DNA of 64,000 nucleotides, from contig QKDC01000094.1 in the NCBI GenBank assembly GCA_003246755.1, positions 11,139 to 75,138 of the forward strand, read 5' to 3'. Made by a program: the position numbers and the translations under genes. The notes beneath the pieces were generated by a model, which was not told the origin of the DNA, did not search any database, and saw nothing but the letters and a program-made list of their open reading frames with translations. Within the stretch, counting starts at the first letter, position 1; every line of letters starts with the position of its first letter. The DNA comes from Gemmatimonadota bacterium. Its GTDB lineage: Bacteria; Gemmatimonadota; Gemmatimonadetes; Gemmatimonadales; GWC2-71-9. Below are positions 1 through 8,889 of this stretch, piece after piece.

Positions 1-27
1 CATACCTCAGTGAGGCGCGGAAAGCCG

Positions 28-768
28 CTACCGGGGAGCGCTAGGGTCAGACTCCTCCTCAGAGCGTTTTCCTTCAACGGCCATGGTGACCTCACGCAGT
101 GTCTCGACCAGGAGCCGATCTTCGGAGCGGGCAAGCCACCGCCAGAGGAGACGCACCGGTAGGTAGCCGGCCGCGGCAATCACTGGGGCCGCTCCCAAGC
201 CGAGGGTGGCCAACAAACCCACCGACTTGAGGATGGCGAGGGTGCCAATGGCCCCCATCATACCCCCGCCCATGAACAATGCCGTGGCCCCATCCCGAAA
301 GTTCCCCATCACCCGAACCAGAGTCCGGTCCCCACTCGGCCGAACCGTCACATAGCGCCCGCCCAATCCGCCACGCGCGCGCCAGTCGAGTTCACCGCGG
401 TCAGTATTGGCGATGCCGTGACGCTGCATGACCCGCCGGATCGCCAGCATGAGATCGGCGTAGTCTTCGGCGGAGATCCGTCCATCGACCCACTGCTCGT
501 ACTGGTAGGTCATCGGGGCTCCGAGGAGTGGATGAGCGGTACGAGTCGACCGGATCTCGAGCGCGGTTGCCGCCGCCTCGACCACCTTCGCGTCAATTCC
601 GACTTCGGCAGCGATCTCCTTCACTTCCGCGAGGGTCAACCCCTGGGAGGACTCCGTAGGTCCCCGGTGGGCAGGGTCGATCGCGTTGCGAAGGATGAGC
701 GCAACTTCCTCCTCATCATAGCGTCTTTCCGTCACCCATCGCTCCTGTGGTCTCGTGATCGTGCTCAA
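28..768 (-). CDS. hypothetical membrane protein (soluble N-terminal domain, Gly/Ala-rich C-terminal TM region)
   Basis: 246-aa ORF with coding-like G/C third positions. C-terminal hydrophobic stretch FMGGGMMGAIGTLAILKSVGLLATLGLGAAPVIAAAGYL. No family recognised. Confidence 0.55.
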   Translation of the reverse strand: MSTITRPQERWVTERRYDEEEVALILRNAIDPAHRGPTESSQGLTLAEVKEIAAEVGIDAKVVEAAATALEIRSTRTAHPLLGAPMTYQYEQWVDGRISAEDYADLMLAIRRVMQRHGIANTDRGELDWRARGGLGGRYVTVRPSGDRTLVRVMGNFRDGATALFMGGGMMGAIGTLAILKSVGLLATLGLGAAPVIAAAGYLPVRLLWRWLARSEDRLLVETLREVTMAVEGKRSEEESDPSAPR

Positions 769-854
769 GAAGAATACAGCCGAAGCTCATTCCCGACCGA
801 AGGGGGTGGATAGGGTGTTACATTTCGGGCGTCCGCACTCGCGAGGAGGGACCA

Positions 855-1031
855 TTGTCGAAGCGTGATGCCCAGAGGTTGGCTGCCCTGATCAAGAAGA
901 CCGCCGCCAAGACCCCAAAGAACAAGGGCGACCGCGCAGCCCAATACGACGACACCCTGCGCCAGCGCCCGCCCGAACACGATGCCGAGACCAATCGGTT
1001 GTTCAAGGAGATGAAGCGCCGCGAGTTCTAG
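855..1031 (+). CDS. small basic hypothetical protein (58 aa, TTG start)
   Basis: Below the ORF-track size cut-off. GAGGAGGG at 844-850 lies about 4 nt upstream of TTG 855. Translation LSKRDAQRLAALIKKTAAKTPKNKGDRAAQYDDTLRQRPPEHDAETNRLFKEMKRREF has mostly G/C third positions. Stop TAG at 1029-1031. Confidence 0.4.
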   Translation: MSKRDAQRLAALIKKTAAKTPKNKGDRAAQYDDTLRQRPPEHDAETNRLFKEMKRREF

Positions 1032-1055
1032 TAGGCTCCACAGAAGGGATGCTCC

Positions 1056-1292
1056 ATGGGTAGTTACAAGGTCGAGCAACGCCGCCTCCAGCATAAGGGT
1101 CGGCAGTTCCATTTCGTTTCCTACGACGGCGAGCCCGCGAACCCCGCCAAGGATCTCCCCGGCTCCGATCCATCCTGGTTCATGATGGGGTCCGGCAAGC
1201 GATGGCCTGCCATCCCGCACCAACCAGGTCAGGATGCGGAAGAAGTGGACAAACTCCTCACGGAATGGTTGGAAGAGAACGTCTTCGACTGA
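1056..1292 (+). CDS. small hypothetical protein (78 aa)
   Basis: ATG ORF 24 nt after the preceding small ORF, on the same strand as the downstream esterase. No family recognised. Confidence 0.45.
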   Translation: MGSYKVEQRRLQHKGRQFHFVSYDGEPANPAKDLPGSDPSWFMMGSGKRWPAIPHQPGQDAEEVDKLLTEWLEENVFD

Positions 1293-1350
1293 TCCATCTG
1301 GTGGAGCGGCGACCGCACCCTCGCTCCCATTTCCAACGCTCGGACCGACC

Positions 1351-2571
1351 ATGAAACGACTGGCTCTACTCAATCTCGCCGCCGCCACCGTTTTCATGGC
1401 TCCGGGCCTCGCGGCGCAGGGTCTTCCGCAAAGTGATCGGCACGAGATTCACTCCGCTGCGCTCGGAGCCACCCGGCCCTTCATGGTCAGCGTTCCAAGC
1501 GGATACGAGCGATCCGCGACCCGGTATCCGGTTCTCTATGTCCTCGACGGGCCGTCACACTTCTACTACGTGATCGACCAGGTGCGCTACCTCGCCGGTC
1601 AGGGTCGGGCACCCCAAATGATCGTCGTCGCCATTCCCAATACCGACGATCGTACCCGTGACCTGACTCCTCCGTCGGAAACGGAGAATGCGCAGACCGG
1701 ATTCCCTACTGCCGGAGGAGCGGACCGATTCCTGACGTTTCTCGCTGATGAGTTGATTCCGCACATCGATTCCACATACCGGACTGACGACTTCCGTGTC
1801 CTGGTGGGTCACTCCTTCGGTGGTCTTTTCGCTGCGCACACCATCCTCACCAGACCAGAGGTCTTTCGAGGATACATCGCGATCAGCCCTACACTCTGGT
1901 GGAACAGGAAGACGCTCGTCGATCGTCTGGCGAGCCATGCAGAAACATGGACCGGCCCGAAGGTGTGGCTCTATCTGACGTCTGGGAGTTTCGAGGCAGA
2001 CATCCTGAATTCCGTCACCCAGCTCACCGGCAAGCTCAAGAGCGCTTCACCACAGTTCTGGTGGCGTTTCAAGTACATGCCGAAAGAAAACCACGGATCC
2101 ATTCCCTTCCGAAGCATCTTCGACGGACTCGAAGGAATCTTTGCTGAGGGGAGCATTTCCGATAGTGCCCGATTCGACATCGTCGCGTCACCGAATGCCG
2201 GTGCCGCAATGCAGAAAATGGCGATTCTCGATGAACAGCTGCGGTCGGCCTCCCAGGTGTACGGGCGGGAGATCCGCGTGCCAGAGGTGTGGATCAACCA
2301 ACTGGGGTATGGGTTTCTCGGACGAGGAGACGCCCGGAGCGCCGTGGTGATTTTCAAGGAAAACGTGTCACGCTACCCAGAATCGGCCAACGCCTACGAC
2401 AGTCTTGGGGATGCCTACCTAGTCGCTGGGGACGTCGCCAGCGCCCGTGAGGCCTTCAGTGAGGCGGTACGACGGGCCAAGGAGAGTGGTGACCCGGTGC
2501 TCTCCGCTTCGGAGCGCAAACTACGGCAACTCGATTCAACGAATCCCCCGACCCGGCCCCCCGACCCCTAA
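1351..2571 (+). CDS. secreted alpha/beta-hydrolase (putative esterase family) with C-terminal TPR region
   Basis: An internal ATG gives the signal peptide MKRLALLNLAAATVFMAPGLAAQ. Nucleophile elbow GHSFGG. TPR-like C-terminus NAYDSLGDAYLVAGDVASAREAFSEAVRRAK. The ORF-track start at 1234 looks like a spurious extension. Confidence 0.8.
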   Translation: MKRLALLNLAAATVFMAPGLAAQGLPQSDRHEIHSAALGATRPFMVSVPSGYERSATRYPVLYVLDGPSHFYYVIDQVRYLAGQGRAPQMIVVAIPNTDDRTRDLTPPSETENAQTGFPTAGGADRFLTFLADELIPHIDSTYRTDDFRVLVGHSFGGLFAAHTILTRPEVFRGYIAISPTLWWNRKTLVDRLASHAETWTGPKVWLYLTSGSFEADILNSVTQLTGKLKSASPQFWWRFKYMPKENHGSIPFRSIFDGLEGIFAEGSISDSARFDIVASPNAGAAMQKMAILDEQLRSASQVYGREIRVPEVWINQLGYGFLGRGDARSAVVIFKENVSRYPESANAYDSLGDAYLVAGDVASAREAFSEAVRRAKESGDPVLSASERKLRQLDSTNPPTRPPDP

Positions 2572-2598
2572 CCGCAGTCAGACCCGTACGGAGCCCAC

Positions 2599-3897
2599 AT
2601 GCCGACCCGTCGCCAATTCCTCGGAGCCTCCTCCCTTGCCATCGCCGGTGTTGCCACCACCCCCCTCGTTGCCCAAGGGCGGAGACGGGAGGACCAGGCA
2701 CAGGGCGACTTGCCGCCAGCGATCGCCGCTCTGACGTCGCAGGAGAGTCGGATGCGGCCGATCACCACCGAAGAACGCCTCGGCCGCATCGGGCGGGCGC
2801 GAGAATTGATGGGTCGGGTCGGAATGGACGCCCTCATGTTGATGGGCGGCACCAGTCTCCGGTATTACACGGATATCTCCTGGGGCGGAGGCGAGCGAAC
2901 ATTCGCGGTCCTCATTCCACGGGAAGGGTCACCATTCCTGGTGTGTCCGGCCTTCGAGCGCGACCGAGCGATGGAGCAGGTCGCCGCGGGTCCGCTCAAG
3001 GGGGACGCGACGATCATGACCTGGGAAGAAGACCAAAGCCCCTACGAACTCATCGCCGAAGGGCTCCGAACACGCGGGGTGGTCACCGGACAGGTGGGAA
3101 TCGAGGAGTCGGTGCGCTGGGTGTTCAGTGATGGCGTGGCCGCCGCAGCACCCGCATTGACCTTGACGAGCGGTACGCCGGTCACCGCCGGTTGTCGCAT
3201 GATCAAAGACGCGCACGAACTCGAATTGATGCGTCTCGCTTCGGAGGTCACCCTCGCAGCCTACGAAGCCGCCTGGAAATCATTGAAAGAAGGAATGACA
3301 CAAGGCGACTTTGGACGCCTGGTTTCGCAGGCGCACTCGCGGCTCGGGTTCTCCGGTGGGGCCAGTGTGCAGGTGGGAGAATACTCCGCGCTCCCGCACG
3401 GATCACGCACCCCACAAGTCATTCGAGAAGGCACCATCCTCCTGATCGACGGTGGCTGTTCAGTTGGCGGGTATGCCTCCGACTTGAGCCGGACATTCGT
3501 GCTCGGCAAACCGACGGACAAGATGAAGCACGTCTTCGACATCGAGCATCGCGCTCAAACTGCCGCCCTCCGGGCGGCGCGCCCAGGCGTGGAGTGCCAG
3601 GCGGTGGATGCGGCGGCAAGGAAGGTGATCGAGGACGCCGGCTTCGGCCCCGGGTACAAGTACTTCACACATCGGGTCGGCCATGGAATGGGGATGGACG
3701 GGCACGAATGGCCGTATCTCGTCAAAGGGAACACGCTCCCCCTCGCACCCGGCATGACCTTCAGCGACGAACCTGGGATCTACATCCCCGGGGAGTTCGG
3801 TGTGCGCCTCGAGGACGACATGGTCATCACCGAGGGCGGTGCGGAACTGTTTACCCCCCAAAGTCCGTCACTCGAAGACCCCTTCGGCCGCGGGTAG
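2599..3897 (+). CDS. M24 family Xaa-Pro peptidase with twin-arginine signal
   Basis: Tat motif MPTRRQFLGASSLAIAGVATTPLVAQG. Creatinase/prolidase N-terminal domain followed by an M24 pita-bread region (IDGGCSVGGYASDLSRT, HRVGHGMGMDGHE, FSDEPGIY, VRLEDD). Confidence 0.85.
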   Translation: MPTRRQFLGASSLAIAGVATTPLVAQGRRREDQAQGDLPPAIAALTSQESRMRPITTEERLGRIGRARELMGRVGMDALMLMGGTSLRYYTDISWGGGERTFAVLIPREGSPFLVCPAFERDRAMEQVAAGPLKGDATIMTWEEDQSPYELIAEGLRTRGVVTGQVGIEESVRWVFSDGVAAAAPALTLTSGTPVTAGCRMIKDAHELELMRLASEVTLAAYEAAWKSLKEGMTQGDFGRLVSQAHSRLGFSGGASVQVGEYSALPHGSRTPQVIREGTILLIDGGCSVGGYASDLSRTFVLGKPTDKMKHVFDIEHRAQTAALRAARPGVECQAVDAAARKVIEDAGFGPGYKYFTHRVGHGMGMDGHEWPYLVKGNTLPLAPGMTFSDEPGIYIPGEFGVRLEDDMVITEGGAELFTPQSPSLEDPFGRG

Positions 3898-4560
3898 GTG
3901 GGGCCTCCGAGCACGCTGACGACGACCAGTCTTGCGATTGGCGCACAACAGCTTGCCAGTTGCGATCGTCGGCTCGGAGCTGCCCTGGCCCGGAACGGAG
4001 TTCCCCCACTCTGGGCGCGCCCCCAAGGGTTCGGCACGCTGCTCCGGATCATTCTTGAACAGCAAGTGTCACTCGCCGCCGCTCGAACCATGCTCGGCCG
4101 CTTGACCGAGAGTCTCGGCCCTCTGACTCCAGCAACGATCGCGCGAACGGGAGAGCTGGGTCTCCGGAAGCGTGGGATCACGCGCCAAAAGGCTTCCTAT
4201 TGCATTGGTCTTGCAGCAATGGTCCTGGCCGGATCACTCGATCTTCGGAAGCTCCAATCCCTGGATGACGACGAGGTGTGGTCTCGACTGACCGCCGTGC
4301 GTGGCATCGGCTCGTGGACCGCGGGGGTCTACCTGCTCATGGCGTTGCGTCGACCCGATGTCTGGCCGTCGGGTGACCTCGCGTTGCTCAATTCCGCCAA
4401 GCTGGTATTACGTCCACGGGGTAGGTTGGATCAGCATCGTCTCGACGGCATTGCCGACCGCTGGAAACCATATCGCTCGATTGCCGCACGAATTCTGTGG
4501 CATGACTACCTGCGACGGGCCGGGCGCTCGGCCCGTGGCACTCGTCTCCCGATGAGATAG
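3898..4560 (+). CDS. DNA-3-methyladenine glycosylase II-like (HhH-GPD superfamily)
   Basis: ILEQQVSLAAARTM, VRGIGSWTAGVYLLMALRRPDVWPSGDLAL and a catalytic Asp context typical of short AlkA-type glycosylases. GTG start directly after the M24 stop codon. Confidence 0.75.
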   Translation: MGPPSTLTTTSLAIGAQQLASCDRRLGAALARNGVPPLWARPQGFGTLLRIILEQQVSLAAARTMLGRLTESLGPLTPATIARTGELGLRKRGITRQKASYCIGLAAMVLAGSLDLRKLQSLDDDEVWSRLTAVRGIGSWTAGVYLLMALRRPDVWPSGDLALLNSAKLVLRPRGRLDQHRLDGIADRWKPYRSIAARILWHDYLRRAGRSARGTRLPMR

Positions 4561-4684
4561 AAAGGACATTCCTATGACTTGGTCTCGGTCACCACCTGGA
4601 TCAGTTGGATGGATGGATCTCACGTCGCGCTCACCCAATACACCACTCCCCAGGACGACTGAGGTCCAATCAACTGCGCCTCGG

Positions 4685-6193
4685 CTAGCCCCCCGACCTC
4701 ACGGCCGGCGGAGGGCGCCGATCGAACCACGGTTTCGCCTTTTCCAGTTGACCGGCCAGACGGAATAGCGTTGCCTCGTCGCCGTATCTGCCCACGAAAT
4801 GCACCCCGATCGGCAATCCCTCGGCGTTCCATTCGAGAGGGACCGACATCGCAGGTTGCCCCGTCACGTTGAAGACCGGGGTCCAGGGGGTGAAGGCGAA
4901 GGCCGTGTTGGCCGCTTCCTCCAGGGCCCCGGCGGCCTTGAGGAGCCCTCCCGCGTTCAGTCGACCCAATGCCCCCAGCAGGAACGCCTCTTTCGGTGTC
5001 GGCTGGAGCGAACCCGTCGGCGGTGGTGGTGTGGCAAGCGTCGGGGTAAGGAGGAGGTCCCAATTCTCGAAGAAGGAGGCCAGTCCTCGACTCGCGAGTT
5101 GTAACCCCCGGGTTGCCGCGACGAACTCGGCCGCCGTGAGACTCCGACCCAGCAGGCCAAGAGCCCAGGTGGTTGGTTCGAAGGCCCCGGCGTGAGGTCG
5201 CTTTCCGATCAGCCGACCAACTTCTTCGATGTCTCCCCGCAGTTCGCCCGCGATCATCACCATGAAGTTCCTGGCGAACGCCCGCCCGTCGAGTGATGGG
5301 GATGCCTCATCGACCGTGTGCCCCAGCGACTGCAGCAGTTCAGCGGCCTGGTGGACCGCGGCGACACAATCCTGGTGCACTTCGCCGCCGAGTAACGGGT
5401 CGGTCATGACCGCGATGCGAAGCGGGCGGGTCTCCGTCATCACCTCATCGAGGAACGGTCTCTCCGGCTTGGGCGCGGCGTAGGGTGCTCCCACATCCGG
5501 CCCGCCGGTGGCGTCGAGCACCGCGGCGCTGTCACGCACCGTCCTGGTCAGCACGTGCTCCACCACACACCCCTGCCAAATCTCACCGCGATCCGGCCCC
5601 GTCGGTGTTCGCCCTCGAGTTGGCTTGAGTCCGAAGATCCCACAGCAGGAGGCCGGGATCCGAATGGACCCACCCCCATCTCCGCCCCCGGCGATCGGGA
5701 CGATCCCTGCGGCAACCGCGGCACCCGAGCCACCGCTCGATCCGCCCGCGATGCGGCCAAGATTCCAGGGGTTGTTCGTGGGGCCGAAGAGCACGGGCTC
5801 GGTAAAGGGTGTGAGACCAAATTCCGGTGTGTTCGTCTTGCCCACCGTTATGAACCCGGCTCGACGATACCGTGAGAACAGCTCGCTGTCGTGATCGGCA
5901 ACGTAATCGGCGAGGAAGCGACTCCCGGCGCGCATCGGTTCGCCCGCCACCAATGCCACCAGGTCCTTGACGAGGAACGGGACCCCTCGAAAGGGGGCTT
6001 CGGGGACAGAACCTGCCGCATCCGCCCGGGCCCGCACGTCCATCCGATGGATCACCGCATTCAGGGCGGGATTCAGGAGTTCGATTCGTCGGATCGCCTC
6101 CTCCACCAGCTCGCCCGGGGTGACGTCTCCTGAGCGCACCAGTTCGGCCAGACCCAATCCATCGAAAGAGTCGTACTCGGCAATCCGTGACAT
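4685..6193 (-). CDS. amidase (amidase-signature family)
   Basis: Gly/Ser-rich amidase signature [14 protein letters not shown] and KDL motif FLVKDL. Start moved to [10 protein letters not shown] (ATG at 6193), which has an upstream AGAGG. Confidence 0.85.
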   Translation of the reverse strand: MSRIAEYDSFDGLGLAELVRSGDVTPGELVEEAIRRIELLNPALNAVIHRMDVRARADAAGSVPEAPFRGVPFLVKDLVALVAGEPMRAGSRFLADYVADHDSELFSRYRRAGFITVGKTNTPEFGLTPFTEPVLFGPTNNPWNLGRIAGGSSGGSGAAVAAGIVPIAGGGDGGGSIRIPASCCGIFGLKPTRGRTPTGPDRGEIWQGCVVEHVLTRTVRDSAAVLDATGGPDVGAPYAAPKPERPFLDEVMTETRPLRIAVMTDPLLGGEVHQDCVAAVHQAAELLQSLGHTVDEASPSLDGRAFARNFMVMIAGELRGDIEEVGRLIGKRPHAGAFEPTTWALGLLGRSLTAAEFVAATRGLQLASRGLASFFENWDLLLTPTLATPPPPTGSLQPTPKEAFLLGALGRLNAGGLLKAAGALEEAANTAFAFTPWTPVFNVTGQPAMSVPLEWNAEGLPIGVHFVGRYGDEATLFRLAGQLEKAKPWFDRRPPPAVRSGG

Positions 6194-6263
6194 GGAACCT
6201 CTAAAGTGGCAACGGGACTCGGGGCAATGTAACATCTGGCTGCCTGGTCACTCGGAGAACGAC

Positions 6264-7490
6264 ATGAAGTACACGCTGGTCTTCACTCTCGGAGTCCTCC
6301 TGCCTGCAGTGGTGGTCGCTCAAGAGGCCTCCGGGCCCCTGCCACAACCCGACCTCGCCTTGACCCACGCGAACGTGGTCGATGTAGTGACGGGCGCCCT
6401 CCTGCAGGACGTGACGGTGGTGATGCGTGGCGGGTTCATCGTGTCGGTGGGGAGTTCCTCGGCCCCCACGGGCAGCACTGTCCTCGACTTGGCGGGTCGA
6501 TACCTCTTGCCGGGGCTGATGGACGCTCACACGCATCTCGACAACCTCGCGGCAGCCCGACGGGCTCTGGAGACCGGGGTCACGACCGTGCGGAGCGCGA
6601 GTGTCGGGTCCTTCCGGGACGTGGCGCTGCGCGATCTCGCGCACGCGGGGTATATCGCCGGCCCTGACGTACTGGCTGCCGGCCTCTTTGTGACCCCATA
6701 CCTGGGCGATGCGATTCTCGCCGACCCCGCCCTGGCCTCGCTCTGGGGTGGGGTGAGAACACCTGAGGAACTGCGGACCCTGGTTCGCATCAACCTCGGC
6801 CATGGCGTCAACGTCATCAAAACCAGGGCTACCGAACGCGCTGGCCTGCCCGAAACCGATCCCCGGAAGCAGGTCTATTCCGAGGAGCAGCTCCGAGCGG
6901 TGGTCGAGGAGGCCGCCGCGCGAGGGGTGCCGGTGGAAGCACACGCTCACGGGGACGAGGGGGCCCGCGCAGCAGTGCTCGCCGGGGTTCGGTCCATCGA
7001 GCATGGTACCTACCTCTCCGAGGCCACACTCCAGCTGATGAACGAACGGGGAACCTTCCTGGTCCCCACACTCTCGACGCTTTACGACCTTCTGGAACCC
7101 GGCGGCGATTACGATGATCCGGTGACCCGGGCGCGGGCCATGTACATGATCCCCCGAATGGTCCGGACCATCGAGATGGCGCGAAAGGTCGGGGTCCCGA
7201 TCGTCGCGGGAGCGGACGTCGGGTATGGCCCGCAGTCGATCACCCGGATATCACATGAGGTGGTCCGTTTCGCCGAACTAGGATTCAGTCCTTTGGAGGC
7301 CCTCCAGACCGCCACGGTCAATGCCGCCAGGCTCTTCGGGCTCGAGGAGTCCATTGGCCGCATCGCACCGGGGTTCGAGGCCGACCTGATCGTGGTGGAA
7401 GAGAATCCGTTGGAACAGGTGGGGACCATTCGCGATCCCCTAGTGGTCATCAGTAACGGCCGGATTGGGGTGAATCGCATCTCACCGTGA
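6264..7490 (+). CDS. secreted metal-dependent amidohydrolase (PF01979-like)
   Basis: Signal peptide MKYTLVFTLGVLLPAVVVAQ. HxH metal motif GLMDAHTHL. AHAHGDEG and EHGTYL motifs further downstream. Confidence 0.8.
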   Translation: MKYTLVFTLGVLLPAVVVAQEASGPLPQPDLALTHANVVDVVTGALLQDVTVVMRGGFIVSVGSSSAPTGSTVLDLAGRYLLPGLMDAHTHLDNLAAARRALETGVTTVRSASVGSFRDVALRDLAHAGYIAGPDVLAAGLFVTPYLGDAILADPALASLWGGVRTPEELRTLVRINLGHGVNVIKTRATERAGLPETDPRKQVYSEEQLRAVVEEAAARGVPVEAHAHGDEGARAAVLAGVRSIEHGTYLSEATLQLMNERGTFLVPTLSTLYDLLEPGGDYDDPVTRARAMYMIPRMVRTIEMARKVGVPIVAGADVGYGPQSITRISHEVVRFAELGFSPLEALQTATVNAARLFGLEESIGRIAPGFEADLIVVEENPLEQVGTIRDPLVVISNGRIGVNRISP

Positions 7491-8545
7491 TGTACTCCAC
7501 GTGTCTCTATTGCCACAAACCGCTCGGTGAGAACGACATTGTCGAGACCTTTCCGGTTGGCCGACGACTCGCTTTCGATCAACGACGCGGACGGCTCTGG
7601 GTTGTATGCCGTACGTGTGAGAAGTGGAACCTGAGCCCCTTCGAAGATCGCTGGGACGCTATCGAGGATTGCGAACGCCGTTTCCACGATGCCCGGAAAC
7701 GCGTGGCCTCCGACAACATCGGGCTGGCGAGGCTGGACGAGGGACTGGAGTTGGTTCGCATCGGTGAACCACTTCGGCCCGAGTTCGCGGCATGGAGATA
7801 TGGAGATCAGTTCGGACGTCGGCGACGGCGAAACATGATGGTCATGGGAGGTATCGGGACGGTTGGTATCGGTCTCGTACTCGCCGCCGACCTGACGGGC
7901 ATCCTGAGTGGCAGTAGCTACAGCATCTGGCAGGCGGTGCAGGCGGGAACTCGTGCGGTCCAACGGCGCCGGTTGGTTGCCCGCGTGCCGATGCCCAACG
8001 GAACCCGGCTCACGGTTCGGGGAAAGCACGTCGAAAAGGCCATTCTCCTTCTGCCTGAGGAGGAGCACGATGGATTACATCTCAGACTGCCCCACGAAGG
8101 GGGCTCTACCGATCTGGTGGGGTATCAGGCACGACGCGCCGCGGCGCTCATTATGCCGGGTATCAACCGTGGGGGAGCCAAGCAACCGGTGGTCGACACC
8201 GCCGTCGCAGCCATCGAAGCCGCCGGTGATCCTGTCGAGTTCGTCAGGCGCGCTGCCGTGAGAACACAGACGGGGGTCCTGCTCGATGCCAAGAAAGAGA
8301 AGCATCGAGGCGTCATCCAGAAGCTGGATCTGGGGACCCGGCTCGCGATCGAGATGGCGGTCAACGAAGAGAACGAGCGGCACGCCCTCGCCGGGGAACT
8401 CGCACTTCTCGAACTGGAGTGGAAGGACGCCGAGGAAATTGCGGCCATCGCGGACACGCTGGGCGTGCCGGAATCGGTCGAGCAGCAGCTCGAGGAACTA
8501 AAACGGCGTGTGGGTCGAGGTGGCGGAACTGAGGAGCCACGGTGA
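7487..8545 (+). CDS. hypothetical Zn-ribbon / single-TM / coiled-coil protein
   Basis: Two CxxC pairs (CLYCHKPL ... CRTCEKWN). One hydrophobic helix MMVMGGIGTVGIGLVLAADLTGIL. Acidic coiled-coil C-terminus. Start overlaps the upstream stop (GTGATG) and the stop overlaps the downstream start. Confidence 0.6.
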   Translation: MMYSTCLYCHKPLGENDIVETFPVGRRLAFDQRRGRLWVVCRTCEKWNLSPFEDRWDAIEDCERRFHDARKRVASDNIGLARLDEGLELVRIGEPLRPEFAAWRYGDQFGRRRRRNMMVMGGIGTVGIGLVLAADLTGILSGSSYSIWQAVQAGTRAVQRRRLVARVPMPNGTRLTVRGKHVEKAILLLPEEEHDGLHLRLPHEGGSTDLVGYQARRAAALIMPGINRGGAKQPVVDTAVAAIEAAGDPVEFVRRAAVRTQTGVLLDAKKEKHRGVIQKLDLGTRLAIEMAVNEENERHALAGELALLELEWKDAEEIAAIADTLGVPESVEQQLEELKRRVGRGGGTEEPR

Positions 8546-8889
8546 GCTCTTCCAAGCAACCCGCGCCCTCCAGCCACCTGGTGATCCTGGAAGCGGTCAA
8601 ACGCGTGCCCTGCGGACGCGTGGCCACGTACGGTCTCATCGCCAAGGTGGCGGGACTCGACGGACAACCCCGACTGGTGGGCTACGCACTTCGGCATGCG
8701 ACGGACGAGGTTCCGTGGCATCGCGTGGTGAATGCGCAGGGCCGCATCAGCCCCCGGGCCGACCCGGCGTGCATCCCACTCCAAAGGACTCTTCTCGAGA
8801 GTGAAGGGGTCGAATTCGGGTTGGGGGAAAGGATCGACCTGCGACGGTATCTCTGGAAACCTCGACTCCGGCGCACCGATGAAGACTGA
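8542..8889 (+). CDS. atl: alkyltransferase-like protein (ATL; MGMT DNA-binding domain without catalytic Cys)
   Basis: VPCGRVATYGLIAKVAG helix and VPWHRVVNAQGRIS (PWHRV replaces the PCHRV of MGMT). C-terminal IDLRRYLWKP. This closely parallels my recollection of E. coli YbaZ (LPWHRVVNRHGTIS ... IDLQRYRW). Confidence 0.85.
   Translation: MSSSKQPAPSSHLVILEAVKRVPCGRVATYGLIAKVAGLDGQPRLVGYALRHATDEVPWHRVVNAQGRISPRADPACIPLQRTLLESEGVEFGLGERIDLRRYLWKPRLRRTDED

Noticed and set aside
1234-1350. Upstream ORF-track extensions of several exported proteins (1234, 5967, 8732, 9969, 17562, 37039, and the minus-strand 24845, 25927, 36240)
   Set aside because: In each case an internal ATG yields a canonical signal peptide or family-typical N-terminus and removes overlap with the neighbouring gene. 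The extensions translate to low-complexity sequence.
4606-4620. Short tandem repeat (GGAT)3 and other microrepeats in the alkA-amidase convergent spacer
   Set aside because: There are only three units, no flanking structure or repeat array, and it fits chance occurrence. It is not a CRISPR or VNTR-like array.
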